From Chiloscyllium plagiosum (taxonomy: Eukaryota), in NCBI RefSeq assembly GCF_004010195.1, contig NC_057749.1, positions 13,042,399-13,075,951 of the forward strand: a stretch of DNA of 33,553 nucleotides, written 5' to 3'. The notes below the pieces were generated by a model. The model had not been told where the DNA came from. It saw only the letters and a program-made list of their open reading frames with translations, and searched no databases. Shown here piece by piece: positions 1 to 10,761 of this stretch. Numbering within the stretch: position 1 is the first letter of the stretch; each line of letters starts with the position of its first letter. The position numbers were made by a program, and so were the translations under genes.

Positions 1-445
1 CACACTCACACACACACTCATACACGCACGCACATATGCACACACACTCTCACATACACTCACACACAGACACAGACACTCATACATGCACACTGATATA
101 CACACGCACACACTCACACCCACCCCCACACACAGATATACACACACAGACACATACCCACACATACTCACATGTATACACACACAGACATGTATACACG
201 CACAGACATGTAGAGACATAGACGTATGCACACGGACCCACACACACATAGATACACACACACAGACACATACCCACACACACTCACACAGACACATATA
301 CACGCGCACAGACATGTATACACACACAGACACGTATATGCACACAGACATGTAGAGACACAGACATATGCACACGGATCCACACACACATAGATACACA
401 CACACAGATTCACCTCCCCCCCCCCCCCTCCACACACACACACAG
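1..445. repeat. Degenerate (CA)n-rich microsatellite with an internal ~95-bp duplication
   Basis: CA/CACAGA-rich throughout; block ...tgtagagaca(t/c)agac(g/a)tatgcacacgga(c/t)ccacacacacatagatacacac occurs twice, 142 bp apart. Confidence 0.95.
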
Positions 446-1574
446 TTACTTCTCAGTGCCCATTTGATAATGGATTAGTGAATCAACCACAGGCTATCTG
501 ACATTTAACAGACTGTTGAGCAGATTCAAAGAGGGTGAAGTTTGAGTTGGACCTTGGGGAGTGATGTGAGAGTGAGGGGTGAATGAGGGTTTCTGGATGC
601 TCAGGGTGAGGAGGATGTGATTTCAGCAGCTCCTGCCGAGTGAGGGAGCTGTCTGACTGGATGGGCCGGGTGGGGAAACAGCCTTTATTCTAGCTTGTGA
701 TTGTTGACATTGTTTAAACAGGGAACGATAGACTCCAGAATGTTTAAAATAAACCTCTGATCACATGCTCTCCTGAAATCAGGCCAGTTCCCAAACAGCT
801 GCTGTGGGAGCAATGTACAGACCATGTTATAAAAAACTGAGAAAAACGATAAAGCTGCATTTAATTGATGATGAGGCTTAAATTGAATTCCATACTTCGA
901 GAGCAGCCAATCAGTTAGCATCCTACCACATTAAGCTTCACATGGACATTGTCAGAGGTTTGTGAAAGGGAATGGGAAAGATTGAGTTGGGTTTGACAGG
1001 AGTGTAATGTGCAATCAGAAGTGAGCTAATGAGTGACAAGTGCTTCTTGCTTGAGGTTAGTGTCAGAATACAATAGCTTCTCACTGAAACAGCTCTCCTC
1101 AGAAATTCAGAGGGATTGAAATCAGTCGATGAGAGAGCCGAGAGAAACATTTTCAAAAACATTTCAAATTCCATCTCATCTTGTTGGGGATGGGGTATGA
1201 GGCAATCAGACTATCTCCGAGTTTGGGAAATGAGCAATCACTCTGAAACTCCCTCCCCCTCGCCCCGTGTTAGTGACATGGAATCTTTAACTCCACACTG
1301 AGAGCCCCTTCTCAGTGATAGCTCACTGTGAGAGACTGTCTGCTAACATCCTTCCATCTAGAATTTGGCAAGAAACTGCCTTGCATGATGCAGCCACTTG
1401 ATGATTTGTACAGAATGCGGTGAATTCTGATTACAATTGTTCTTTTCATGTGTTGATTCCAAAAAGATTGTTTTAGGATTCTGGAGCTCAGGAACAAGAG
1501 AGTCTAGAATATTCTCAGGATGATATTTTAGAACAGCACACTCTGGGGGAACAAGGAGCAGGCTACATGCTTGA

Positions 1575-1885
1575 GAGGGCTGATATGGAGCAGACGTTTC
1601 CTCTTGGGGAGTATTTATAACCAGGAGTCTCTGTTCAAGAATAAAGTTTGTCTGTTTTTTTCCTGAGGCTCATGGGCCTCCGGCACTCTCTTCCTTAAAA
1701 AGCAGAGGGAGCAGAGTCGTGGATTTTTCATGACAGAGGCAGAAAGATTCTTGATAAGGAAGGTGTTGAAAGGTTATTAGTGCAGGGCAGAAATGTGGAG
1801 CTGATCAGATGAGCCAAGACCTTATTGAACAGCAGAGCACGGTTGAAGGGCTGGATGGCCTTACTCCTGCTCCTGGTTGGTACAT
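1575..1885 (+). mobile_element. Old CR1 LINE 3' end fragment
   Basis: Degenerate ORF2 C-terminus followed by CR1-type 3' UTR (tgaagggctggatggccttactcctgctcct). Confidence 0.7.
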
Positions 1886-2301
1886 CGGGATGATGTATGA
1901 GGGAGTCTTTTGACTCTCTGAACGTCTTTGATCTGGTTGTGTGTCAGCCCTGCTTGTCCCTGCCTGTCCCTCCCAGACAGCCCATCAGCAGAGTGATGTG
2001 TTCCTCTGCCCCACACTGCTCCTCACAAACTCCAAAATAGCGGCCCATTAACTTTAACTACTTTCACTTCCACATTCCAAAGATAGCAACTTTGGATCCA
2101 GAATCCTTCTCAATAAGGGATTATGCTCCCCATTATCAAAGGTTGATATTTGTGATGTCTGACTGGCTGAGACCACGGGTCTGGACGGATGAGGGTTTAT
2201 CCTTACCCATGGACATGACATTTCAATGTAATTTGGAAACATTTTTGACAAATCTCCCTTTGATTTTCATTTCTGTTATCCACCAGGGTCTGTCTAACTT
2301 A

Positions 2302-2440
2302 GTCATAGAGTCATAACTGAACTAGTCCTATTTGCCTGCATTTGACCCATATCCCTCTAAACCTTTCCTATCCATGTACCTGTCCAATCACATGTTGTAA
2401 TTGTACCTGCCTCTACCACATCCTCTGGTAGCTTGTTTCA
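2302..2440 (-). mobile_element. CR1 LINE 3' end fragment
   Basis: Starts with gtcatagagtcata (reverse complement of the CTATGACT tail) and matches the reverse complement of the CR1 ends at 4680-4859 and 8760-8968. Confidence 0.8.
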
Positions 2441-2977
2441 AAAAAGAATAGAAAGGCAGAATGGTGATCATTAACATCTCCAGGCAGCGAGACACGGAGA
2501 GAGTTGATACACTCCACAACCCCAGAACCTGCCTCATTTCTGTGGTTATGTCTTTACCTGTGTGTCCTTTGGGACAGAGCTCTCTGTACCCTCTGGTACA
2601 CTTCAAGCTTTCTGCAGGTGGTGGGCACTCCCATAACGACAGATTAATTGAAATTTGATAGTATCCTTGGTGCTGTCCCTACAATCTGGTTTAGGATTGG
2701 TCTGGTTTCTTTATGAGAGGAACAGTGGCAGCAAACTGTCCTCGCACCAGCTGCCAAAGGTTGGTTACCAGAGGCTATGGTAACACAGACAGGGCTACGT
2801 GCACCACCATCAATGGGGAGTGAAGGGATTGGGTTCAAAGAAGAATGGAGTGGTACAGGGAGAAGGATTCCCAAATCACCCAGTTGTGTTTGTGGGTGTT
2901 ACCACCCCTCCTTATAGTTTCCTCAGTCACATGATCATTTATGCTACGAAAAGTTTATAAATAGTAAATAAATCCAA

Positions 2978-3086
2978 ACATTTGGACAAGTGCATGGAGA
3001 GGGAAATGTAGAGAGATATGGATCGAACATAGGTAAATGGGACTAATTGAGTTGAGGCCTGGTTTTGTGTAACTTGATGACTGTAT
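2978..3086 (+). mobile_element. CR1 LINE 3' end fragment
   Basis: catttggacaagtgcatgga...gatatgg...aaatgggacta aligns with 4731-4800 and 8813-8880. Confidence 0.7.
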
Positions 3087-3353
3087 AAATGCAAAGGAAC
3101 AAACTGCAGCCTGGGCTTGAAGCTACAATGCTGTTTCTTCCTGGCTGTGAGTGAACAATCCCAGAGAGTTAGCTGTGCTATCTGGGAGGCTGCAGAATCA
3201 CTCCAGCATGATTCTCTTGTACATATTGTGAGTGATTAGCTGAGGAATATCAGACCTTACTGACACAAGCTGGAAACATGAGGTGGGTCTAATCTCTTTG
3301 GCAGAGGCTGGGAATGCTACTGAACTCCCAACTCAATCAAATCATCTTTATTC

Positions 3354-4859
3354 AGATAAATCCCCAGGTCCTGATCAAGTGCATCCCAGAACTCTGTGGG
3401 AAGCTGGAGAAGTGATCGCTGGGCCCCTTGCTGAGCTATTTGTATAATTGATAGCTGTGGGTGAGGTGCTGGAAGATTATAGGGTGGTTAATGTGGTGCC
3501 ATTATTTAAGAAAGGCTGTAAGGAAAAGCTATAAACTGGTGAGCCTGATATCAGTGGTGGGCGTGTTGTTGGGGGGATTCTTAAGGGACAAGATGTACAT
3601 GTATTTGGAAAGGTAAGGACTGATTAGGAATAGTCAACATGGCTTTGTACATGAGAAATCATGTCTCACGAGCTTGATTGGTTTTTTGAAGAAGTAACAA
3701 AGAGGATTGATGAGGGCAGAATGGTAGATGTGATCTATTTGGACTTCAGTAAGGCATTCGACAAGGTTCCCCATGGGAGACGAGTTTTGTAAGGTGAGAT
3801 CATATGGGATCAGAGGAGCTAGCCAATTGGATTCAAACTGGCTTGAAGGAAGGAGACAGAGGGTAGTGATGGAGCGTTGTTTTTCAGACTGGAATCCTGA
3901 GACCAGTGGAGTACCACAAGGATAGGTGCTGGGTCCACTGCTTTTCATCATTTATATAAATGAATTGGATGTGAACATAAGAGGTACAGTTAGTAAGTTT
4001 GCAGATGACACCAAAATTAGAGATGGAGTGGACAGCGAAGAGGGTTACCTCAGATTACAATGCACCTCAATCAGATGGGTCAATGAACCGAGGAGTGGCA
4101 AATGGAGTTTAATTTAGATAGATGTGAGGTGCTGCATTTTGGAAAGGCAAATCAGGGCAGGTCCTGGTGAGTATTGCTGAACAAAGGGACCTTGGGGTGC
4201 AAGTGCATGGTTTCTTGAAAGTAGAGTCACAAGTGGACAGAATAGTGAAGAAGGCATTTGGTATGCTTGCATTTATTAGTCAGTGCATTGACTATAGGAG
4301 TTGGGGGGGTCATATTGCAACTGTACAGGTAATTGATGAGGTATTGTGTACAATCCTGGTCGCCTTTCTGTAGGAAGGATGTTGTGAAACTTGAGAGATG
4401 CAGAAAAAATTTACAAGGATATTGCCAGGGTTGGAGGGTTTGAGCTATAGGGAGAGGCTGAATAAGCTGGGGCTGTTTTCCCTGGAGCATCAGGGGCTGA
4501 GGGATGACCTTATAGAAATTTATAAAATCATGAGGAGCATGGATAGGAAAAATAGACAAGTCTTTTCCCCTGGGTGGGGGAGTTCAGAACTAGAGGGCAT
4601 AGGTTTAGGGTGAGACGGAACAATTTAAAAGGACCTGAGGGGTAACACTTTCACACAGAGGGTGGTGTATGCATGGAATGAGCTGCCAGAGGATGTGGTG
4701 GAGGCTGGTACAGTTATAATATTTAAAAGGCATCTGGATGGGTATATGAATAGGAAGGGATTAGACGGATACACAACATATGCTGGCAAATGGGACTAGG
4801 TCAGACTGGGATGTGGACAAGTTGGACCAAAAGGTCTGTTTTGTGAATAACTCTATGAC
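3354..4859 (+). mobile_element. 5'-truncated CR1 LINE; disrupted ORF2 reverse transcriptase and 3' UTR
   Basis: Translates to DKSPGPDQVHPRTLWE, YLDFSKAFDKVP (~3736), SGVPQG*VLGPLLFIIYIN (~3905), KFADDTK (3995-4015), RDLGVQVH and RERLNKLGLFSLE; stops and frameshifts present; ends in a ctctatgac tail. Confidence 0.95.
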
Positions 4860-4963
4860 ACATCCTCTCACCCATGCATACACACATCTCTAGCCCTCTC
4901 TCACTGGACGTCAGAAACCTCACTCAGCTCTTAGACTCCTCATTAACACCTAGAAGTCAGCCA

Positions 4964-5005
4964 TCTCTCTCTCTCTCTCTTTCTCTGTCTCTGTCTCTGT
5001 CTCTG

Positions 5006-5041
<36 letters not shown>

Positions 5042-5042
5042 T
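4964..5042. repeat. Compound (CT)n-(CTCTGT)n-(CT)n microsatellite
   Basis: Directly visible. Confidence 0.97.
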
Positions 5043-5717
5043 AGGTCTCTCACTCTGTCTGGGATCCCTGAAAAGCGTGTCTGACTGAAATGGGTTTTCC
5101 CTCTGTCAGATTGTGGTTCCCCCAGTTGATTGTGATGAAACAAATCTTCACTCCAGTCTCCTTAGAAACTCCATCTTTCCGAACACAAACAGTTATGATG
5201 GGAGTGCCTTCAGATGAAGCTTCTTTTCAATGATGACAATAGGATAGAGAGCCATTGAGGCTTTTCAAAAGAAAAATAAGATGATCTCTGTGAGATAGCA
5301 CTGTCAGTTTTCACAGGCTAATTACTGACTGCTCTGGAATATCATGAGAAACCACAAAAGGGATTTTTTTTGTGTCAGGAACATCTTTCAAAGTTGAAAT
5401 ATTTAAATTGATGTCCATCATTTAAGTGATGATTTATTATCTCTTAAAAAAAACGGTAAAACATGAATACACACAGCCAGTGAGGCAGATGCTGACTCAC
5501 ACCAAATGCTGCTAGTTTCGCACTTTCTCAGTTGTCAGTGGCAACATTAAAGCTTCTCGCTCAGTGTGGACAGCACATAATCCAGATCACTCACATCTTT
5601 ATGACACTTTAGGGTTGTTGTTGCATGGCAGATGGGCCTCCCTGTCAGCTCTGACCTTTCTCTCTTCATCACATTGTGTAACAAAGTCAGCCAGGTGGAT
5701 CTCATCGAATATGAGTT

Positions 5718-6854
5718 AGTGATCTTTGAGAAGATTTATAGCTCAGGTTGATGATAAGTATGTAAGTTAGCTCAATAAGCTGGAGGGTTCATTTTCAGAT
5801 GTTTCGTCACCATAATAGATAACATCATCAGTGAGAATCACCGGTGAAGTTCTGGTGGTATGTCCCCCTCTCTATTTATAGGTCTTGGTTTCTTAAGGTG
5901 GATGATGTCATTTCCAGTTCTGTTTTTCAAGGGAAGGTAGATAGGATCTAAGTCGATGTGTTTATTGATGGAGCTCTGGTTAGAATGCCATGCCTCTAAA
6001 AATTCTTATGCATGTCTTTGTTTCACCTGTCCCAGGATGTGAGTGTTGTCCCAGTCAAAGCGGTGTCCTTCTTTGTCAGTATGTGTAGAAACTAGCGATA
6101 GTGGGTCTTGTCGTTTGGTGACCAGTTGGTGTTCATGTATCCTGGTGGCAAGTGTCCTGCTAGATTGTCCGATGTAGTGTTTCTTACAGTTCTTGTATGG
6201 TACCTTTTAAATGACGGTAGTTTTGTTGGTCGTATCTAATGGATCCTTTAGGCTCATTAATCACTGTCTAAGTGTGTTGGTAGGTTTGTGGGCTACCACG
6301 GTGCCAAGGGATCTGAGTAATCTGGAAGTCATTTCTGATATGTCTTTGATGTAAGGTAATGTGGCTGTAGTGTTTGGTTGTGTTGGGTCTGCTTGTTTGG
6401 GTTTGTTTCTGAGGAATCGGTGGATTGTGTTTATTGGGTACCCATTTTTCTTGAGAATGTTGTATCGATATTTTTCTTCTGATGTTTGTAGTTCTTGGGT
6501 GCTGCAGTATGATGTAGCTCATTGAAATAATACCTGATGCAGCTCCGTTTGTGGATATTGGGATGATTACTTCTGAAGGTAAGTATTTGATCCGTGTGCG
6601 CTGTTTCTCTGTAGATGCTGGTTTGGAGCGCTCTGTTAACTGTACGTTCAACTGTCACATCTAGCAATGGGAGTCTGTTGTTCTCCTCCTCTTTTGTGAG
6701 TTTGATGCCTGTCAGGACATTGTTGATAGTGTTGTATGTTTCCTCTAATTTGTTTTGCTTTGTGATGACAAAGGTGTCATCTACATAACGGACCCAAAAT
6801 TTGGGTTGGATAGATGGGAGGACAGCTTGTTTAAGTCTCTAGATTACTGAGACC
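5718..6854 (-). mobile_element. 5'-truncated Penelope-like retroelement (RT C-terminus, GIY-YIG endonuclease, pLTR)
   Basis: Minus strand gives FWVRYVDDTFVI (YVDD at 6776-6787), LPLLDVTVE, SNHPNIHKRSCIR and VI*KVPYKNCKKHYIGQSSRTLATRIHEH; homologous to 8220-9538; flanked by TGAGTT at 5712-5717 and 6855-6860. Confidence 0.93.
5786..5836 (-). ncRNA. Minimal type-I hammerhead ribozyme motif in a Penelope pLTR (stem III palindrome mutated)
   Basis: Minus strand reads uca-CUGAUGA-U-GUUAUC-uauuau-GGUGAC-GAAA-C-AUC-uga; ACGU has become ACAU. Confidence 0.7.
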
Positions 6855-7287
6855 TGAGTTCCCTGAATGGGGCTGTTAACCTGGTCCAATCAGGGAGCCT
6901 TGGCTGACAGATATACACAGGGGTGTCAGAGGTCCTGCTCACTCTGAGTGCTAGCTCTGAGAGCCAGATCCCTCAGTGTCCAGTACTGTGCACATGCGAA
7001 TAAAGGGGACTTAGTGATGAGATACTGGCCTCTGGGGGGTTGTTTCACATTGGTGGTAATTTCATTTGTATCCGTCCAGACTTAACCCTTCTTAAACTCA
7101 CCCTAACCCTAACTCAAAAGGATATCCTGTTTACATATTCATCCACTCCCCAGTATCTGCATTCTGTTGAAATTGAGGTTTGTCAGACGAACATCTAATC
7201 TCTCGTTCACTCGCAAGCTGTGAAATGTCTTCCTGCTGTCCGTCTTCTCTCTCTGCCAAACTCCAGCATTCTCCAACCTTTGGTTCA

Positions 7288-7530
7288 GTGAAACCTGGGA
7301 GCAGTGGTAGGGCATTCCGCTCAGAGTCAGAGTGCTTTGGGTTCAAGACCCGCTCAATGGATTCGAGCACACAATCTTGCCTGAGCCTCCCAACACGGTT
7401 GGAGGTGAGCAGCTGAGCCATGGCTGGCCTCTCATTGAGGGGTGTATTCAGTGACATATTTTGGAGCAACAATAGGAGATTGCCTGGGCTTCCTGCCATG
7501 TACACTGACAAAAGTAAACCCATTCCTTTG
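7288..7530 (+). mobile_element. Old tRNA-derived SINE, probably Deu-domain type; appears to resume at ~9541-9590 after the Penelope
   Basis: A-box-like gcagtggtag and B-box-like gggttcaagaccc; degenerate Deu-like body resembling 13896-14100. Confidence 0.45.
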
Positions 7531-8744
7531 TGCATGTAGGTTTGCTCGCTGAGCTGGAAAGTTCATTTTCAGATGTTTCGTCACCATATGAGGTAACATC
7601 AGTGAGCCTCCAAATGAAGCACAGGTGACATGGTCCACTTTCTATTTATGTGTTTAGGTGTCCTTGGGTTGGCAATTTCATTTCCTGTGGTGACGTCATT
7701 CCTGTGGTGATGTCATTTCCGGTTATTTTTCTCAGGGGGTGATAAATGGGATCCAAGTCAATGTGTTTGTGGATAGACTTCCGGTTACAATGCCATGCCT
7801 CTAGGAATTCCCGTGCGTGTCTCTGTTTGGCTTGTCTTAGAATGGATGTGTTGTCCCAGTCAAAGTGGCCAAGGAACTACACCAAAAACGAAAACACTTA
7901 ATAGAAGACTCCATCCACTCCACCCAAGAATTCCTGATTGCCATCAAAGACACCAAGATAGAGCTGGATGAAATAATGGTTTCCTTTGATTTAACAGCCC
8001 TGCTCACATCAATCAACATTAACCTGGCCAAGGAAACACTGACTACACTATTTGAAGACCCAAAGACACATACACCAAACACCACCAACTTCATCAGCAA
8101 GGACAACATCGTCAAGCTAGTAGACCTATGCGTTACCACATACTTCACCTTCAACAACAAACCAATGGTACACCCATGGGATCTCCAACATCGGGGTTCT
8201 TAGCAGAGGCAGTAATTCAGAGACTCGAACAAACAGCTCTGCCAACCATCCAACCTAATCTTTGGGTCTGCTACGTGGGTGACACCTTCAAGACCATCAA
8301 TAATAGCCTTACTGGCATAAAATTCCCTAAAGAGGAGGAAAACAACAACAAACTGCCATTGCTAGATGTCACAGTAGAGCAAACAGCCAATGGGGAACTT
8401 CAAACCAGCGTCTACAGAAAAACAACACATACGGACCAAATATTGATCTACAGAAGCAATCACCCCAACATCCACAAGCGAAGCTGCATCAGAATATTAT
8501 TCCAACGAACCGCCACACACTGCAGCACAGAGGAGTTATGCAGAGCAGAGCAAAATCACCTATACAGTGTATTCAAAAAGAACAGAGTCTGCTGAGTTCT
8601 CAGCAACAAACCCAAACAAGCAGACAAAACATGTCCTGGCCACTCTCCCCCACGTCAGAGACATCTTGGAAATGACTGCCAGACTACTCAGACCTCTTGG
8701 CATCATAGTAGCCCACAAACCCACCAACACACTAAAACAGCAGC

Positions 8745-8968
8745 TGGTACGTGTATGGAATGAGCTGCCAGAGGAAGTGGTGGAGGCTGGTACAATTGCA
8801 ACATTTAAGAGGCATTTGGATGGGTGTATGAAGAGGAAGGGTTTGGAGGGATATGGGCCGGGTGCTGGGAGGTGGGACTAGATTGGGTTGGGATATCTGG
8901 TCGGCATGGACGGGTTGGACCAAAGGGTCTGTTTCCGTGCTGTGCATCTCTATGACTCTATGACTCTA
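8745..8968 (+). mobile_element. Well-preserved CR1 3' end inserted into the Penelope ORF
   Basis: Encodes VWNELPEEVVEAGTIATFKRHLD and ends in (CTATGACT)2; removing it restores Penelope LKQQL-MKLKDP. Confidence 0.92.
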
Positions 8969-9420
8969 ATGAAGTTGAAAGACCCTATATAGACAACAAC
9001 AAAACTAATGTAATTTACAAAATATCTTGCAAGAACTGTAACAAACACTACATTGGACAAACAGGCAGAAAACTAGCCACCAGGATACATGAACATCAAC
9101 TAGCCACAAAACGACATGACTCTCTCTCACTAGTATCCTCACACACGGATGAGGAAGGACACCACTTCGACTGGGACAACACATCCATCCTAGGACAAGC
9201 CAAACAGACATGCACGAGAATTCCTAGAAGCATGGCATTCCAACCGGAACTCTATCAACAAACACATTGACTTGGATCGCATTTACCACCACCTGAGAAA
9301 AGGAACAGGAAATGACATCACCACATGAAATGACATCTCTACAAGAAATGATATCACCAACCCAAGGAAGCCTAAACACATAAATAGAAAGCGGACCATG
9401 TCACCAGTGCTTCATCTGGA

Positions 9421-9472
9421 GGCTCACTGAAGATGTTACCGCATATGGTGACGAAACGTCTGAAAATGAACC
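9421..9472 (+). ncRNA. Minimal type-I hammerhead ribozyme with intact core in a Penelope pLTR
   Basis: uca-CUGAAGA(9427-9433)-U-GUUACC-gcauau-GGUGAC-GAAA(9453-9456)-C-GUC(9458-9460)-uga; palindromic ACGU stem III. Confidence 0.82.
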
Positions 9473-10013
9473 TTCCAGCTCAGCGAGCAAACCTACATCC
9501 AGAACCTCAACCTGAGCTATAAATCTTCTCAAAACTCATGCTCATTTTTGTTTGAGCAATCTTACTGACAAAATGGCAGCGACTCCACTATTTGGCCCCA
9601 GAGTGTCATAATGCTCAATGCAAGTTCCCTTTTCTAGTCTCCTGTTATGGACCAGGCCATACCCCTTCAGAATATTTCAGACCGTAATTTTGCTCATTGT
9701 ATTCTGCAGGTGTAATACGGAAATTCCAGGAGTGATGCAACGGGTCAAACCACTTAGTTTTAAACAAAACAGAATTTATTTGCAATATTACCGAATGAAA
9801 CTCAAACAAAGGACAACAGAATTCAGAATAACTTAACCTACCCGAACACCCAACAGATTATCCCAATTTAATGATGCTGCTCCAAATCCCTGCAACAAAT
9901 CCCTATAAACACCGCTTGGCAAAAAAAGGTAAATCAAATGCTGGGTCTTACAGGAGAGATGTCAGAGAGAGGGATGGCAGCGAGATTCAGCATGGAACAC
10001 ATTCCTGGTAGCT

Positions 10014-10513
10014 NNNNNNNNNNNNNNNNNNNNNNNNNNNNNNNNNNNNNNNNNNNNNNNNNNNNNNNNNNNNNNNNNNNNNNNNNNNNNNNNNNNNNNN
10101 NNNNNNNNNNNNNNNNNNNNNNNNNNNNNNNNNNNNNNNNNNNNNNNNNNNNNNNNNNNNNNNNNNNNNNNNNNNNNNNNNNNNNNNNNNNNNNNNNNNN
10201 NNNNNNNNNNNNNNNNNNNNNNNNNNNNNNNNNNNNNNNNNNNNNNNNNNNNNNNNNNNNNNNNNNNNNNNNNNNNNNNNNNNNNNNNNNNNNNNNNNNN
10301 NNNNNNNNNNNNNNNNNNNNNNNNNNNNNNNNNNNNNNNNNNNNNNNNNNNNNNNNNNNNNNNNNNNNNNNNNNNNNNNNNNNNNNNNNNNNNNNNNNNN
10401 NNNNNNNNNNNNNNNNNNNNNNNNNNNNNNNNNNNNNNNNNNNNNNNNNNNNNNNNNNNNNNNNNNNNNNNNNNNNNNNNNNNNNNNNNNNNNNNNNNNN
10501 NNNNNNNNNNNNN
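10014..10513. other. Assembly gap (500 N)
   Basis: Run of N. Confidence 1.
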
Positions 10514-10761
10514 CATTCTTTTTCTCTTTCCTCTGCTTTTAATCGTAATTTCAAACAGTTTCATTTCTTTTGTCCTTTGTCTTTTGCCTCTAAATCAAGC
10601 TGCATCATTTTTGACTGCATTTCTCTCCTTTCTTCATGGAAGGAGGCAGCTCCAATTCGGATTGTCCAGATTGTCAGCAGCTTGTCCTTATTCACCTTTT
10701 CTAAGGCCCTCAAAGTCACTTCTGCCATCCCCAGAAAACTCTTAGTGACTGAAAGAGCCAT
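10514..10761 (-). pseudogene. Frameshifted gag-like N-terminus of the LTR element
   Basis: MALSVTKSFLGMAEVTLRALEKVNKDKLL followed by charged coiled-coil-like segments (MQLDLEAKDK, KLRLKAEEREKE), ~120 nt downstream of the PBS. Confidence 0.6.

Larger units (their letters stand above)
5677..7047 (+). mobile_element. ~230-bp solo LTR split by a Penelope insertion (halves 5677-5717 and 6861-7047)
   Basis: Termini TGTAACAA...TTGTTTCA (7/8 inverted match); 5-bp TSD CATTG at 5672-5676 and 7048-7052; CCAAT 6886-6890; AATAAA 6999-7004. Confidence 0.8.
7534..9538 (+). mobile_element. Penelope-like retroelement (RT, GIY-YIG, pLTR) with an inverted copy of its 3' end at the 5' side
   Basis: RT motifs MVSFDLTALLTSI, GTPMGSPTSGFLAE and YVGDTF (mutated YVDD); GIY-YIG NVIYKISCKNCNKHYIGQTGRKLATRIHEH from ~9007; 7534-7868 is the reverse complement of 9162-9498; frameshifted. 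Confidence 0.95.

Noticed and set aside
36..443. His/Thr- and Cys/Val-rich ORFs (also 28227-28865, 14888-15338, 4943-5143, 16710-17067)
   Set aside because: Translations of simple or tandem repeats
2558..2678. Possible minus-strand exon (TAG|GQHQGYYQ...CPKGHT|GTAAAG)
   Set aside because: Good donor but weak polypyrimidine tract and no recognisable protein similarity
5110..5217. Possible plus-strand terminal exon (IVVPPVDCDE...AFR*) after a pyrimidine tract and CAG
   Set aside because: No recognisable homology or partner exons; expected by chance
7082..7116. CCCTAA telomere-like motifs
   Set aside because: Only about two perfect units, insufficient for an interstitial telomeric array
8567..8881. 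104-aa ORF as a novel gene
   Set aside because: Accidental Penelope/CR1 junction read-through
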